DNA from: Antedon mediterranea
Taxonomy: Eukaryota > Animalia > Echinodermata
DNA length: 64,000 nucleotides
Reading direction: 5' to 3'
Assembly: GCF_964355755.1 (NCBI RefSeq)
Contig: NC_092677.1
Coordinates: 28,073,175-28,137,174, forward strand
The position numbers were made by a program, and so were the translations under genes. This document shows positions 13,601 through 28,000 of this stretch, in pieces (position 1 is the stretch's first letter; every line of letters starts with the position of its first letter). The notes under the pieces are model-generated. The model worked only from the letters and a program-made list of their open reading frames with translations, was not told where the DNA came from and did not search any database.

Positions 13601-15499
13601 ACAAAGTGATAGCTAAGTATGTGGCTATTATACCCATAAGTAAGCACATTATTGATATAAAATCATCTGCAATGTGTTTTTATTGTTTTCTTGTTTTTCA
13701 ATATTGTGTGAATAACTTATCTGAACTTTGCCGAATTGTATCGTCGCCAAGAAACAGTGGATTTTAGTAATCATTGTTACTATCTTATCGATCATAATTA
13801 CTACTACTGTAAATGATTAGGATGTTTTTCTAATACACTTGTACAAACAAATACCGACATGCATTGCAAAAACAACACAAAGTTTCTAAAAGTATAAACC
13901 TTGCAATGTTTTTTGCCTACCTTCAGAAGAGTCGACGAACTCAAATGCGTCATATTTGTCACACATTCGTTTAATCACGTCAATTTGGTCAATGGTGTGA
14001 CGCAACGTGTCCTTATACTGTGAACTGCATGAGGTGTAGACCGACCAGAACTTTAAAACAAAACAAACATAAATTGAAATAAAAACATTGCCTTTTTCAT
14101 AACATGTTTCATGATTTTAACTTTTTTTACTACAAAAATTGTTGCATACAAATGTTTCAATCACCGTAGCCTACGAGTCTAAATAAAAGACGCTAAAGCG
14201 TGGTTCCCACTAGCGACGCCACACAAGGACGTAACGCAACGCAAGTGAATTGACCAATCACAAGCGATGGCTTATTCGCTTGTGATTGCTAACTGTCTAT
14301 AACTTCGCTTGTCATTGGTTAAAACGCTTGCGTTGCGTTTACGTCCTTGCGTTACGTTCTAGTGGGAACCAAGCTTTAGGTTTCACTAGCAACGCAAGGA
14401 CGTCACGCAACGCAGGCAATTTAACCAATCATAATACTAGCAACGGACAGTCCGTGCTGTGATTTGTGATTGGGTAAATTTGGTTGCGCGTACGTCGTTG
14501 CGTACGTCCTGTGAGAAACGATTTAGGTGTTTCATTGTGTCCTTGTGAGAGAACCACGCACCGTCGTTGGTTCCCACTTGTTATTACGCAATACAGCACG
14601 TTGCGTCACTGCGTTGCGTTGCGTTACGTTGCGTAAATTACGAACCTGAGCGCCAACTTTACCAGCTCTTAGTCTAGGGATGTCCGTGTGTGATACTGCA
14701 AACTTTCCTTTCAGGTTATTGTTCAAATTACTTGTATCATTCTCCAGCTGGTTATTTACTCGGTATTTTAGATGCCAGGGTAAGTCATTGTGTCTGGGAA
14801 AATTAAATGAAAATAAAGTAGGTCTCATGCCGTCTTTAAATCAGTATATTCATTTTGCAATAAATAATACTGTAATCTAATGATAGCCTTTTTATATTGA
14901 AACTTTTAATTTGAATCAGACACAATATTATTAGCAACGTTATTGAAATAATAATTCAAATGTTACAGCGGGTGTACCGGGATACTGCTGTTACTGCAAT
15001 TATATTTATATTTGATTCTTGTGAAGGAGTGTATATTTGCTACATAGGACAAGAGGACGTGGTTTATGCAAGATTTGTTTTCTGTTTTTCTCATGGATGC
15101 GATTTATAGCGTTTGAGACTTTGCTCATCAAATAAACACTTTAGACCTTTGGACTCGAAGAGAACTCATCATATATGCAAATACAATATTTACTGTACAA
15201 AATGTACAAGTCTATAGGCCTATTAGGCCTATGCCTATATCATTTTTGTATGACAATCACATTGATTGTTATTTTTTTTTTAAATACAGTGTTTGCAATT
15301 GCTAAGATAACATGTTTCACACTCACCCATCGACAAGCGGTGTTTCTGTCATCAAGTCTTGGGCGTGTTTTAACGGACTAGTGCTTTCCCGATTATTACG
15401 AGACACGGGAATGGCGATCGCCACGGCAACAATAGTTACGATGACAACGCTAGCGACTACGATCATTAATATCCTCTTTCTATCATCCATATTTGCCAT
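10660..15499 (-). CDS. Membrane dipeptidase (peptidase M19), copy B: hybrid of copy A (exons 1-5) and copy C (exons 6-10)
   Basis: ATG at 15499, stop at 10660; exons 1-5 match copy A (+5696), exons 6-10 match copy C (-5696); reading frame intact. Confidence 0.9.
11363..11628. repeat. 19-bp minisatellite (TGCACAGTATGGAAGATGA) x14, dipeptidase B intron 8
   Basis: Perfect head-to-tail units; explains repetitive ORFs 11237-11614. Confidence 0.97.
11828..12316. mobile_element. Cluster of ~3 MITE family A copies, dipeptidase B intron 7 (repeated at 17524-18012)
   Basis: GCGTGGTTCCCACTAG at ~11830 and CGTGGTTCCCACTAG at ~12116; GTGGGAACCAA at ~11974 and ~12300. Confidence 0.8.
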
Positions 15500-16355
15500 C
15501 CTGTCGTCGTTTAGCCGCGTTCGGGGGCCGCGTTACACATAAACTAAGGGCCTAATTCTATTATGAATAAAGTCATTTGATTGGCTCATTTATCACACAT
15601 GACATGCATCGACAAAAATGATTTATCAAAATATATAGTTTTGGTCAGCTGTTTGCTAATAAAGAGGTCATAAGGATTTGATGTTTGTAATGCTTATTTG
15701 AAGAAAACAATTGACCTTTGTAGCACTCGCCTTGCTTGACCAGCGCCCGGGGACACCGCCGCTTGATTAAAGCACAGGTGACCAGCAGACTTGTTGTAAT
15801 ACTGAGGTTTTGAAAAGTATTTAAAAATACTTTTTATCTAATTCCTACCACTATATCATTGAACGTTTGGTTCCAGTATCGTCCGAACGCTGATCTGTAT
15901 TTTGATTACGGGGGCCTCGGAACCAGAACGTATGGTGGCCGTAAAAGGACATGCGTGATCGTATTTCCCAGCATTGACGACCGAAATATAGCGGAATGTG
16001 TCCTAACCCTTATAATAAATACATATACTTTAAGCATAAAACAAATAAAAAATAACACAATACAATAATTGATCACATTTGTCAAGGTAGAAGGAAGAAA
16101 TTATATTTCATTTACATTTATTTGCAACAAACAATATTAATGAGTAAAAATGTGATAACATAGTTGACAGAGACTAAACATCAAGCAATCTAACTTCCTG
16201 ATAATACTGTATACTTTTTCTTTGTACACATTCCTTATCGTATACAGGTGATTCATTATTGTACAAATATTAAAATTATGCTTTTATGTGTGGCTCGCTT
16301 TGGCCGGCTATAGAAGTGGGCCGGAGTGAAGCTTCAGGTTTTTTGCACATCAGAA

Positions 16356-19300
16356 TTATTGTTCCCGGCCAGGCGGATTGTGAACGTAAGTTCGGCATGT
16401 GTTGTTTACTTCTCCACCACTATCTCTGGGCATTGATGACTCATCTGGAAGTCTTTTTGAAAGTTTATCACGAGTCTGAAATAATTTTAAAAAATGGAGT
16501 TACAGGATGAACAGGCCTACTATAAACCAAGTCTCATTTGGGAGTGGATTTGGAAGAGTCCAGTGAGTTACACCAGATTTGGATTGAACCCTGGACGGCA
16601 ACCACTAAGCTAGCTCCACTAGGTAGGCCTACAGCTGACACGGAAATCATCATGGAAAAACGATTCGTTTTCATGAATATATGAATTATATTGAGTTAAC
16701 ATGAGTAAATCAATTTTACGCGCAGTCCAATTAGTTAATATAGGCCTAGTTAATTTACCACATGTGTAGGCCTACTTACATCTTCCACTCCTTTAAATAC
16801 TCTTAAAATGTTTTCACCAAGTAACTTTTTGATTTGGTCATCAGTCCAACCTCTGTTAAGGAGTTCGACAATTAAATCAGGAAATTTGGACACATCCTCT
16901 AGTCCTTCAGGCACTCTGCAAGTCAAATAATATTAATCAACAAAGAGAAAACAAATATGATAATACACAGATATGTGTACGTGTGGAACACAACATTTCT
17001 GAAGGAAAATTATGATAAATGTGACCAACCCATGTGTGACTATACTCAAATGAGATTCTGCACAGTATGGAAGATGATGCACAGTATGGAAGATGATGCA
17101 CAGTATGGAAGATGATGCACAGTATGGAAGATGATGCACAGTATGGAAGATGATGCACAGTATGGAAGATGATGCACAGTATGGAAGATGATGCACAGTA
17201 TGGAAGATGATGCACAGTATGGAAGATGATGCACAGTATGGAAGATGATGCACAGTATGGAAGATGATGCACAGTATGGAAGATGATGCACAGTATGGAA
17301 GATGATGCACAGTATGGAAGATGATGATGATGTAAAAATGTATGAAACTTTACAATAACTCTCGTTCTATGTACTTACGTATTTACGCCATCATAATCTG
17401 ACCCCATGCCTACGCAGTCTTCGCCACATATTTTTTTTATATGGTCCAAGTGATCTACAAATAAATCACCAACATGTTATTCAGATATCATCAGTTAATA
17501 CTGTATATTTACGATGTGTCATTAAGCGTGGTTCCCACTAGGACGTAACGAAAGGACATAAACGCAAGGTAAGTGATTTGACCAATCACAAGTGATGGAT
17601 TATTCGAACAGTCGGTTGTTATTGGTGAACTCGCTTGCGTTGGGTCTACGTCATTGCGTTCCGTCGCTGTGGGAACCAACCTTCAGGACGAAACGAAAGG
17701 ACGTAAGCGCAATGCAAGCGAGTTGACCAATTGACAATGATAAACGACTCGCTTGTGATTGGTCAAATTATAATATTGCGTTGCCTTACGTCATTGCGTT
17801 TATTCCTAAATCGTGGTTCCCACTAGAACACAACGCAGCGACGTATTGACGCAAAGTGATGTATTGCGTAATCACAAATAGGACAGACGACGCAACAGTG
17901 CTGCAAAAAGGTTTGATTTCACGCAGGCGAGAGAAACACAATTATTGGAAGGGTATTTTTTTACGTTGCGTAGGTTGCGTTACGTTGCGTGGCTAGTGGG
18001 AACCAAGCTTTAGACAATGTAGTTCTTACCAGCAACTTGAGTCAGGTTCGCATACGAGTCGTTTGTACCAGGAATCAAACTTGGAGGACAGTTAATATAT
18101 TTTGTGTAAAAATTCACCATAACAACACCTTGCTTATCTTTCTGTAAAGGGGGAAAATCTTAGTTACCGTATTGGTTCTAGTCGAAACAAACTGATTTTG
18201 TGTGTCTATTCTAACAATATTACCCATTTATTCTTACCACAATTGCAAGGACTTCGTCGTTCACGTTACGATAGTGATTACACAAAGTAAAAGCCGATGT
18301 ATGGCTAAACATTACAGGTGCCTCACTCAGTTCTAGAACTTGTTTCATGACGTCAACAGACACGTGACTAAGATCGATTATCATACCCAGACGATTCATT
18401 TCTTTAATAATGTCCTGTCAAAAAAAAAATACAAATGTGAATTAACGAAAATAAAATACTCATAAACTTTTATTGTCCTGCTGTTTTGTGCAAATTATTT
18501 TTCTTTAGAGTTCACCAAACGAATTCAAGCACTATGACGCAACGCAATGACGTAAAGCGTAACGCAAGCAAGCTGACCAATGGCAACAAGCGTCAGAATA
18601 CACCTTATAATACATTGGTTGTGATTGGTCAAATTACTTATTGCGTTGCGCATGCGTCTTAGTAAGAATCAAGCTTAAACAACTTTGAGACATACTCTTC
18701 CAAAATTTGTGAGACCATTAAATTCTCTCTCACTTTCTGGTAATTCGTCCATCAACCAGTTATCTGACCTGTAGATGATAAAAGATAACCATTACCATGC
18801 ATTACATTTTTTTTTCTCTATCTAAAATAAATGTCCTTAAAAGTCTATGTTATAAAAAAATATTTTCACTGTTTGTGTTACCTACCACGGTGTGTTACAG
18901 CTATGTGTTATCGTCATGTATCTTGTTCCTAGCGCGTAAAGCGCCCTCAATACTGCCATGTGACTATCCATACTGTGACCACCTTCTACGCCAATCAGTC
19001 CTCCAATTTTTCCACGTTTAAACGCATCCCTGATACCTATAACAAACGATTATTACTTGTGTTTACTGTATCTACAATAAAACTTTATATTGGGAATTAG
19101 AAATGAGATTGTACGATTGTCCAACAGTAGGCGCCTGATACAATAGCTTAAGTATGCAATTATACTCATAAGCAAGCACATTATTGATTTATAATTATCA
19201 GTAATATGTTTTTATTGTTTGCTTATTCTCCAAAATTGTATGAATAACTTATCAGACTTTGCTGATTATACTTAGCACGGTAGTAGGGGTCTACGTCCAG

Positions 19301-22300
19301 ATAGCGGATACTTACTCTTAAGTCATTACTTTAATATGTACTAAATAGGGGGTTTTTCTATTACACCTGTGCAAACAAGATGGCATGAGTTTGTAAAATT
19401 CCCACAAAGCTTCTAAATCTATGAATCTTGCAAATTGTCCTTTTTTTTGGCCTACCTTCAGAAGAGTCGACAAACTCAAACGCGTCATATTTGTCACACA
19501 TCCGTTTAATCACGTCAATTTGGTCAATGGTGTGACGTATGGTGTCCTTATATTGTGAATTGCATGAGGTGTAGGCCGCCCAGAACTTTAAAAGAAAGCA
19601 AATATTAAATTGAGATAAAAATATTGCCTTTTTCTACAAAAAGACAAACAGATTTACTACAAAAAGTGTTGCATAGATACAGCAATTCTAGTTTCTATCA
19701 GTAGGCAGGCCAAACAGTTTGCAATTACCGTACGAGTTCTAAATCTTAACAAATATTTAAAAGAGGGACTGAAACTAAATATTAGTTAACAAATACGAAA
19801 CCTGAGAAATTTGTTTAAAAATGTATCATAATCATAATAAATTGTTCAAACTTACAAATAAATATATTAATTGTATGTTGAGACGTAAAGGAAAAAATAA
19901 AAGAACACATTCATCTCTGAGAAATTCCATTTTAAGATTTGATCCGATTCAATCGTACCATGTGGCGAGTCGCCATAATGACGTTAATTTTCTTAATCAA
20001 ACAAATATGATCTGATAATAATATTTATGCATTTGAAACGTTATATTGCTGTAAATATTTACAGGTATTTGAACTTTTAACTAAATAATACAGTCGGATA
20101 CTGAAGATGAACGTGCCGATATAATTTGCGGAAAGTCAATATTTGAACTGTTGTTAATATTGACATGGGGTATTCAAACAACTTCAGGTAATACTTGAGG
20201 TTGAGGTGAGGTTGGCATAATCTTTAGGCCTACAGAAAAAAGGAGAATTACATAGGAGTAGTGTGAGAAACTTTATTACATTAGGCTAAGTCTATGGTCT
20301 TTGCCATATAAAATTGGATAAAACATAAATATAGACCTACATTATACATATCTGAGTGCATTGGTTGCAAAATCTACTAAATCGACTACTAAAGATTTAA
20401 CATTGCAAAATCGAGAAGAAATATTTATCAGAATAGTTTCACAATAATCAATTATGAATTTTGCCCAACCAGACGTGATTTCTTATCGAATTCGAAGTAG
20501 GCCTCAAAATGCTTACGGAAAACCTCGCCAATTGTTCTCAAACCAACAATCTACATTTAGGCCTACTAAATAAACTGAAACTCAAGACCAACAAACTTGC
20601 ACTCGATTGTGGTAAAGGTGACGTTCTTTCTTTTCTTATGTAGTTTGGTGTATATTGTGTTTCAAAGCAGCGTCTATGTTATATGCAAATGAGAAATGGA
20701 TGCAATAAGCAGCAACACTGCAAATATACGTAGTTTAAAGCTGGTTTCCCACTATGAGGCAACGCACGTAATTTGGCCAATCATTACTAGCGACGGAAAA
20801 ATCCGAACTGTGATTGGTCAAATTACGTACGTTACGGCGCGCGTACATCCTTGGTTTCTACTAGCGACGCGCAATCTACGCAAAACGTAAGAAAATGCCC
20901 TTCCAATAATTGTGTTTGCCCCACCTGCGTAAAATAAATTTACCGTCGGTCGTCGATTCTTACTTGTGATTACGTCATACAGCACTTTGCGTCAATACGC
21001 CGCTGCGTTGCGTTACGTTGCGTAAATTACGTACCTGAGCGCCAACTTTACCAGTTTTGAGTCTAGGGATGTCCGTGTGTGATACTGCAAACTTGCCTTT
21101 CAAGTCACTGTTCAAATTGCTTGTATCATTCTCCAGTTGGTTGTTCACTCGGTTTTTTATTTGCCATGGTAAGTCATTGTGTCTGGGAAAATAATGGAAA
21201 TAAAGGTAGGTATTTATGTTATTTATCCGATAAGTAAGGTAAGGTAATAATATGTGATAGCATTTTTTTATTGAAACTTAATTTGGATCAGATACGATAA
21301 TATTAGGCCAAACGTTATTGAAATAATAATGTAATATAATAATTGAAACGCGTTGTTACAGCGGGGTGTACCAGGGAGTTGTACAACTCCCTGGGAGTAC
21401 CAGGATGCTATGCTCGCATTGATTATATTAACAGATTTTGAGTCTTGTGAAGGAGTGTTGCTACATTACCCAAATACAAGTGTTCAGAAAACCTGTGAGA
21501 ACACATGGTAGTGACAGATGTCAGGGTTAGCTAAGCCTGGGGACATTTCATAATCTTACGTAAGACTCTCCCATCTGTAAGCAAATGAAGCCTACTATTA
21601 TAATATGGTGGTGAACTGTTTATTTTCGCACATTTTTAGTGATTGGTTTATGGATGAGATTTATAACGTTGGGACTTGCTCACTAAGCCTATTGTAGACC
21701 TTTGGTATAGTTTTCTGGATAAAAGCGAACTCAAATGAGCAAGAAAGGTAAATCCAGTATTTTACTTGTATCAAAATGTTTTTATGGAAAAGTGAAATAT
21801 ATTATTCATTCATAATCAAATTATGAAGTCTTTATAACATAGACCATATACTTTAATACATTATTAAAAGTACCAAGTCCAGGCCTACTATCTAGATTCA
21901 ATTATTTAATTTCCTGATTTTTTCCCGATTGGCCAGTTTAAATTTGTCTTTTCCAGAAAGCGAACCCATCTAATGTAATGATATCGGTAATGATTTGATC
22001 TTTTCCGGAGTTAGAAGTTGCACTTAAAGTACTACGAAAAATAAGTAACTAACTTCGCAGAGAGACCACCAAAGTAGGCCTACGAGGCTACGGAACTCTG
22101 ATACCCATCTCTGTCTTTTTTGTTATGACAATCAATTGATTCTTAGGTTTAAAAGAATGCCTGTAAACTACAATTGCTACTACGAACAAGAAGATAACAT
22201 GTTTTTTTTACACTCACCCATCAACAAGAGGTGTTTCTGTCATCAAGTCTTGGGCGTGTTCTAACGTACTAGTGCTTTCCCGATTATTACGAGACACGGG

Positions 22301-22387
22301 AATGGCGATCGCCACCGCAACAATAGCTACGATGACAATGCTACCCACTACGATCATTACAATCCTGTTTCTATCCATATTTGCCAT
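16356..22387 (-). CDS. Membrane dipeptidase (peptidase M19), copy C
   Basis: Exon 1 ~22218-22387 ([32 protein letters not shown]...PLVDG), exon 2 ~21035-21182, exon 3 ~19456-19585 ([14 protein letters not shown]), exon 4 ~18886-19036, exon 5 ~18696-18768, exons 6-10 as copy B +5696. Exons 1-5 diverge from copy A. Confidence 0.93.
17059..17324. repeat. 19-bp minisatellite x14, dipeptidase C intron 8
   Basis: Same unit and length as 11363-11628. Confidence 0.97.
20738..21030. mobile_element. Degenerate MITE family A copies, dipeptidase C intron 2
   Basis: AAGCTGGTTTCCCACTA..., GGTTTCTACTAGCGACGC..., TTGCGTTACGTTGCG arms. Confidence 0.65.
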
Positions 22388-24575
22388 CTTGTCTTAAAAG
22401 TTGTTTATAAACTACGATAGTTCCAATGCCTGTGCGCGTCAGCCGCCTTGTACACAGTGTTGATTAAGCGAGGCCTTCATAAACTAATTCTATTAAGAAT
22501 AACATCATTTGATTGGCTGATTTATCTGACACATGACATGCATCGACAAAAATGATTTATCAACTTTTCATCAATCGAATTCTATAGTTTTGGTCAGCTG
22601 TTGCTGATATGGGAAATACATACATATACTAACTTGATTTCAGTTTATTGTATATTTCTTTTCAAGAGGTCATAAGAATTTGGTGTTTCTTTTTCTTATT
22701 TTGTGTGCAGGCCTATAATATTATATCAATCATTTTAAACAACAATTGAAAACAATTAAAACACAAATCAAGATTTCCTCAAACGACATCGAAAACATCC
22801 ACATAATCCTTTATAGAAGTGTCTACATTTTTGTTTTAAATCGAGCTTTTTACATTTCTTGACCCCTGCTTGACCAATGACCATCGCGGCTTGATTGATA
22901 AAGTACCGGTGACCGGTAGACTTGGAATAAAGTCGAGATGGTTTAAACAGCTAAACAAACGTGCGCTTAAACTTTCAAAACGAATTATCTACAACATACT
23001 GTATATAATAGTAATTAACTTGTTTTTATTATTGTAAACACTATATCCGTTCAAATGACACAGAAACACTACACGCCCATACAATATGCCATTGAAAATA
23101 AAACAGCATAAAAAGTGATCATTACAGTTAAATTACATATAACATATTTAAGATATTAGGTACCATCGTAACAAGAATCTAATAATCGTTATCAAGTTCA
23201 CACTGTTTATTAATTAAAAAATATATTAGACATACGCATTGTTCGGTGCGATCTACTGACACTAAAAAAATGGCAATAAATGTTTAACCCATCATGGTAG
23301 ACGTTAGCGAGATAAACATACCTGGAGGTATTCAGTTAGCAAGTGAACAAAATTAGTCGGCCATCTAAATTGAAATTGTAAGGTCATTGTATGTATTTTC
23401 AGAAATGTTTTGAGTAGGGGTATTCGATATCAGATAGTTCTTCAGACATTATAACCCCTTGCAACTCGCATCGTTTGACAATATGAGATAAAATAGGAGG
23501 GGAAAACATTAGGTGAAGAAAAGTAGGGAAACAGACATTTCAGTTGTTGTTGTAATAATAGTAATCTTTAAATATCTAACCTCACTTTTAATTGCTTACA
23601 TGTCGCTTACTCATTTTCCTGGTATCATCTACAACAGTTTTACAAACCCTATGAAATACTTAATTTTATACACACAAAGAAGTAAAACGAATCATCAAAT
23701 ATTTGATTATTTTCTCGATGATTTCACCAATATAAAATCATTTTACTCTCACTTTTAGAAATGCCTAAACAACTTTACAAAGACCCCATCCTATGTTATA
23801 ACCTATGATTATAATAATACTGTAGTTGATTACACTACTGTTGGCTTGTATATTTAGAATCTTAACATTTAAAAATGAATATTTATCAGAACTTATGCCT
23901 TGAATGACAGAGCAATGAAGATGGTTAATATGGAAAAACCCATCAATATAAATACTGCGAGCTTAGGGGGCATTTACTTGAATATACATGTTACAATATT
24001 ACACCCAAAACATAAATGCCTCCCACGAATAAACACCGCTAAAAAAAGCTACCGAACAATAAATGCCCTGGGGCGTTTATTCGAATAAATATGGTATACT
24101 GTATATATTTATTTTTCTTCTTTCTCCTGAAGAAAGTCGGATACTATATACGAACTGTTATTTACACATCATGTGGTACAGTATTTATCAAATTATCATA
24201 AGATTTCAAAAACACATTAACCTCAAATGCCAGGTATAAAAAAAGTGATAAGTAAACCAAATTAAAATATAAAACTGTATGGGGTGGAAATCGGTGCTTA
24301 ACTATTATTATATATTTGTACATACTTAATGATTATTAAGAATCATCAACGAAGCTATAACTTAAGTCAGAGACCTAATTCACATGGTTGTATTCAGCTA
24401 ATGTTTACATGCAACATAAATTGTGTCTTGTTTTAAAATTAATTTACTACATGTTATGTTACTAAGGAAACTGGGACTGGACTTGAGATATACTTTGTAA
24501 AACCTGGCAACACACACACTGCATGACTAGGCATATCAACGCTGCATGAAACCTCAACTGTCTGGAGAGTAGAGT

Positions 24576-24724
24576 TAAGCTCCGTCTACACTATCAAACT
24601 TATGTGACAAAAAAATTTGATGTGCCCATATATGGACATGATGATGTCATATCACTACCATATTTAAGCATATAACTACAATATTTTTTTGTCAAACTAG
24701 TTTGATAGTGTGAACAGAGCTTTA
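24576..24724. mobile_element. MITE family B copy downstream of the DNAJA2 stop (possibly in the 3' UTR)
   Basis: TAAGCTCCGTCTACACTATCAAACT...AGTTTGATAGTGTGAACAGAGCTTTA. Confidence 0.85.
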
Positions 24725-25060
24725 GTTCAACAGTTAATTGTTGAACAATTATGGATACAATATTAATCAATGATTTACTGTAAAAATAAAATGTGAATGG
24801 TAAAATAACACTTAAACCCTGTTTTGATCTATTAAGGGTCATGTCAAGGGTCATATCAATGAACAAATTCAGATGGATTAATCTAGGTGATGTTAAACTT
24901 AGCAGCGAGACAAATGTGCAATGCACAAAATTCACTTCCATCCATATACATCTTCTTCCAATATGCTGTAAAGTATTGTACTTGACACAAATAAGCAAAT
25001 GCATTAATTTGGATAGACAAGACAAGCTTCTGTAAATAGTAAACTTGATGACAGAACTTA

Positions 25061-28000
25061 TTATTGGTGTTGGCATTGAACCCCTGGTCCTCCGTGCCTT
25101 GGATCATCGTCATCATCCTCGTGGTAAGCGTGAGATGACCGCGACTTTCCATCGCGATAATTTGGATCCAGGTCCATCAACACAACGTCTTCAAACTCCT
25201 CCGTTTCAGGTTGCTCTGCTTCGGGCTTGTCGGGCAAAATTAACTCTAATGCCTAAGGAAAGGAAAACGTAATAAAAATGAGTAATGTGTATAAACTGTT
25301 GTACATACTGTGTTTCTGGTGACAGAGCTTTTAATTGCATAGGATCAAAGTTTTGAAATGATCTTCGATGATGTGCACATCACATTTTTTTGTCACATAC
25401 AGTTTGATAGTGTAGACAAAGCTTTACATAACCTCAAATCAAACATACACACCTTAAGTTTATCTTCAGATTCAAAAGAGCTTTCTGGAAACTCTATAAT
25501 AAACTTGACTATAAGATTGCCTTTCTCTAGTGGGTTTTTGTGTAAAGGCATGCCTTCATCTTCAACTAGCTTCATTGAACCAGGTTTCACAATGCTTCCT
25601 GCATGACTTTTTACAATAAGTTCACGTCCATCCAGATGTGTCAGACTAAAGCTAAATCCACACAGTGCTTCTGTTATATTAATCTTGTGGTTTATAAAAA
25701 GGTCCACTCCATCTCGTCTGAAAACATCATGTTCCTTTTCAACTACAATTATGATAATATCTCCTGGCTCTACTCCAGGCTGTAAAGAGAATTAAACATT
25801 TGTAAGAAAAATTATTTAAGAGTAAAGGAGATGTCCTTAAAGCGTGGTTCCAACTAAAGACGTAGCGCAAGTGAGTTAACCAATGACACCTTAAATATTC
25901 CATCACTTTTGATTGGTTAGATCCTTGCATTGCGCACGTCCTTGTATTGCGTCTCTAGTGAGAACTAAACATTAATAGGGGTTCTACTGCACGTTTTCAA
26001 TGGAAGTTTAAACTAAATTTGACACTTTTAATGACACCATGAATTATATCCTGTACAACATTTGATCATGATAATACTGTATTTATAAACAATTATAATT
26101 GTGAACTGTGGACAATGACAGCATCACTAAAAAGCGAAATAGATGTCTTTCAAAGAAAATTCCTAAAGAGAATAATAGGTATAAGGTGGCCGGAGAAAAT
26201 AAAAAATGAAGATTTGTACAAAAGAACAGGAGAAATTGAGTGGAGTAAGAACGTAAAGAAAAGAAGACTGACATGGTATGGTCACCTGCTCCGTTTAAAT
26301 GAAAACACACCAGCTAAGATCGCACTCGGAGAGGCTCAGAGAAAGACCAAAAGACCAAAAGGAAGACCAAAAACTACATGGATGGCAAACATAAAAAAGG
26401 AAACAGAACTTTTCACATGCGGACCTATACACTTGCTTGCTCAAAAACGTACTGAGTGGCGAACACAAGTGAGACGCGCAATGTCTAACAACAATTAGCG
26501 TTTTAAGAGAGATATACAGTCAACTCTCGATATACTCTTTGGAAAAATATCTGGTTTTTCAAATACAATTTCACAAGAGCCAATGAATGTGTTTGAAGGA
26601 GTTTTCAAGAGTCTGGTTTTGGCTAAGTTGTTGGCTAAGAATTCTCAATGTACCTGCTGGTCCCCTTCCCCTCTGAAGTAGATTTTCTGGCCTTCTTTCA
26701 TCCCCTTCTCTACGGTAACCTCCAATATTTTAGTTTCCTTGGTTGTTTTCCTGCCATCACAGTCTTTACATTTATCACTCTCTCTCATAGCTTCACCTGT
26801 AAACAAAATCATGAAATAGAAATGTAAACAAAATAATGTGGCTAAAACTCTGTCTACACTATCAAACTAGTTCGACAAAAAAAGTGTGATGCTCCCAAAT
26901 ATGGTAGTGATACTGTATGACATCATCATGTTCATCATGGGCACATAACATATTTATATTCACATAACGTTTGATAGTGTAGACAGAGCTTAAGGCTACT
27001 GTACAAAATACAAATATGACAACACTTATAATGATACAATACATACAACTGTAAGCCCTTTTGGACACAGGATAAAAATTATTTCAGAAGCTTCAGTAAA
27101 ATAATATCAAATAATTAATTAAAATATTTGGATCTTTAAAAAAAAATGCTATAGTGTTAAGATGGTTTTTGAGGATTTAGGTTGAAATAATTGACGTACC
27201 TTCACCCCGACATTCAGTACAGACTTGTTGCTGCTGTTGAACCATTCCAGGCCCAATTTGCCTCGTAATGATACGAATTCCACGGCCATTGCATGGATTA
27301 CAATGACGTTTTGTACCTTGCCTTCCCCCATAGCTAAGAATAAACATTAATTATATTTATTATATCTTTATTTAAAGAGTATTAATTAGATTTGTTAATT
27401 TACAAAATTCACATTGATCATGCAAGAATGTAGCTACAGAAATTGCAAGATGCTTCTTAGTACTGTAAGTGGTTGTAGTGTAGACAGAGCTTAAGGCTAC
27501 TGTACAAATACAAGGACTGCGACAACACTTTTAATGATACATTTAATCATGGTCAGCCAAATATAGCAATCTGATTCTATATTGCTTTCAGCTTGTTTAG
27601 CTTCTACAACTGGTGCTAAGTTTAGCTTCATGGTTTAGGGATAACTCAGTTGTAATCTTAAATCAGAGAAGCAAGAAATATTAGTTACTTACCCTTTGCA
27701 TTTCTTACATATAACATTCTTACTAAGTTGAAGCTTAGATGTTTTACCATTATACAAGTCTTCTAAAGAAAGTCTACAAAAAGTAAATGCTTTGTTATTG
27801 TTTCATTGTACATCCCTACTACTTTTTGTTTTTACAATACTTAAAAATCATGGTTAGCTAGTAGTTCACCTATGGAAAATATATGCAAATCATTAAAATA
27901 ATAATATAAAAAAGTACATTTTTCTAGATCTAAACTTGATAACAAATGACTTACTTAAGTTGGTGCAATTTATCTTCGCCTTTTCTTTTCCTATGTCTAC

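Larger units (their letters stand above)
7296..18719. repeat. Apparently perfect tandem segmental duplication, period 5,696 bp (7296-13023 = 12992-18719)
   Basis: All ORF-track entries recur at +5696 with identical translations; spot checks and minisatellite length match; identity breaks at 7295/12991 and 13024/18720. Confidence 0.95.

Noticed and set aside
19750-20720. About 1 kb of extra sequence in dipeptidase C intron 2
   Set aside because: No TIRs, TSD or coding signal identified; left unclassified.
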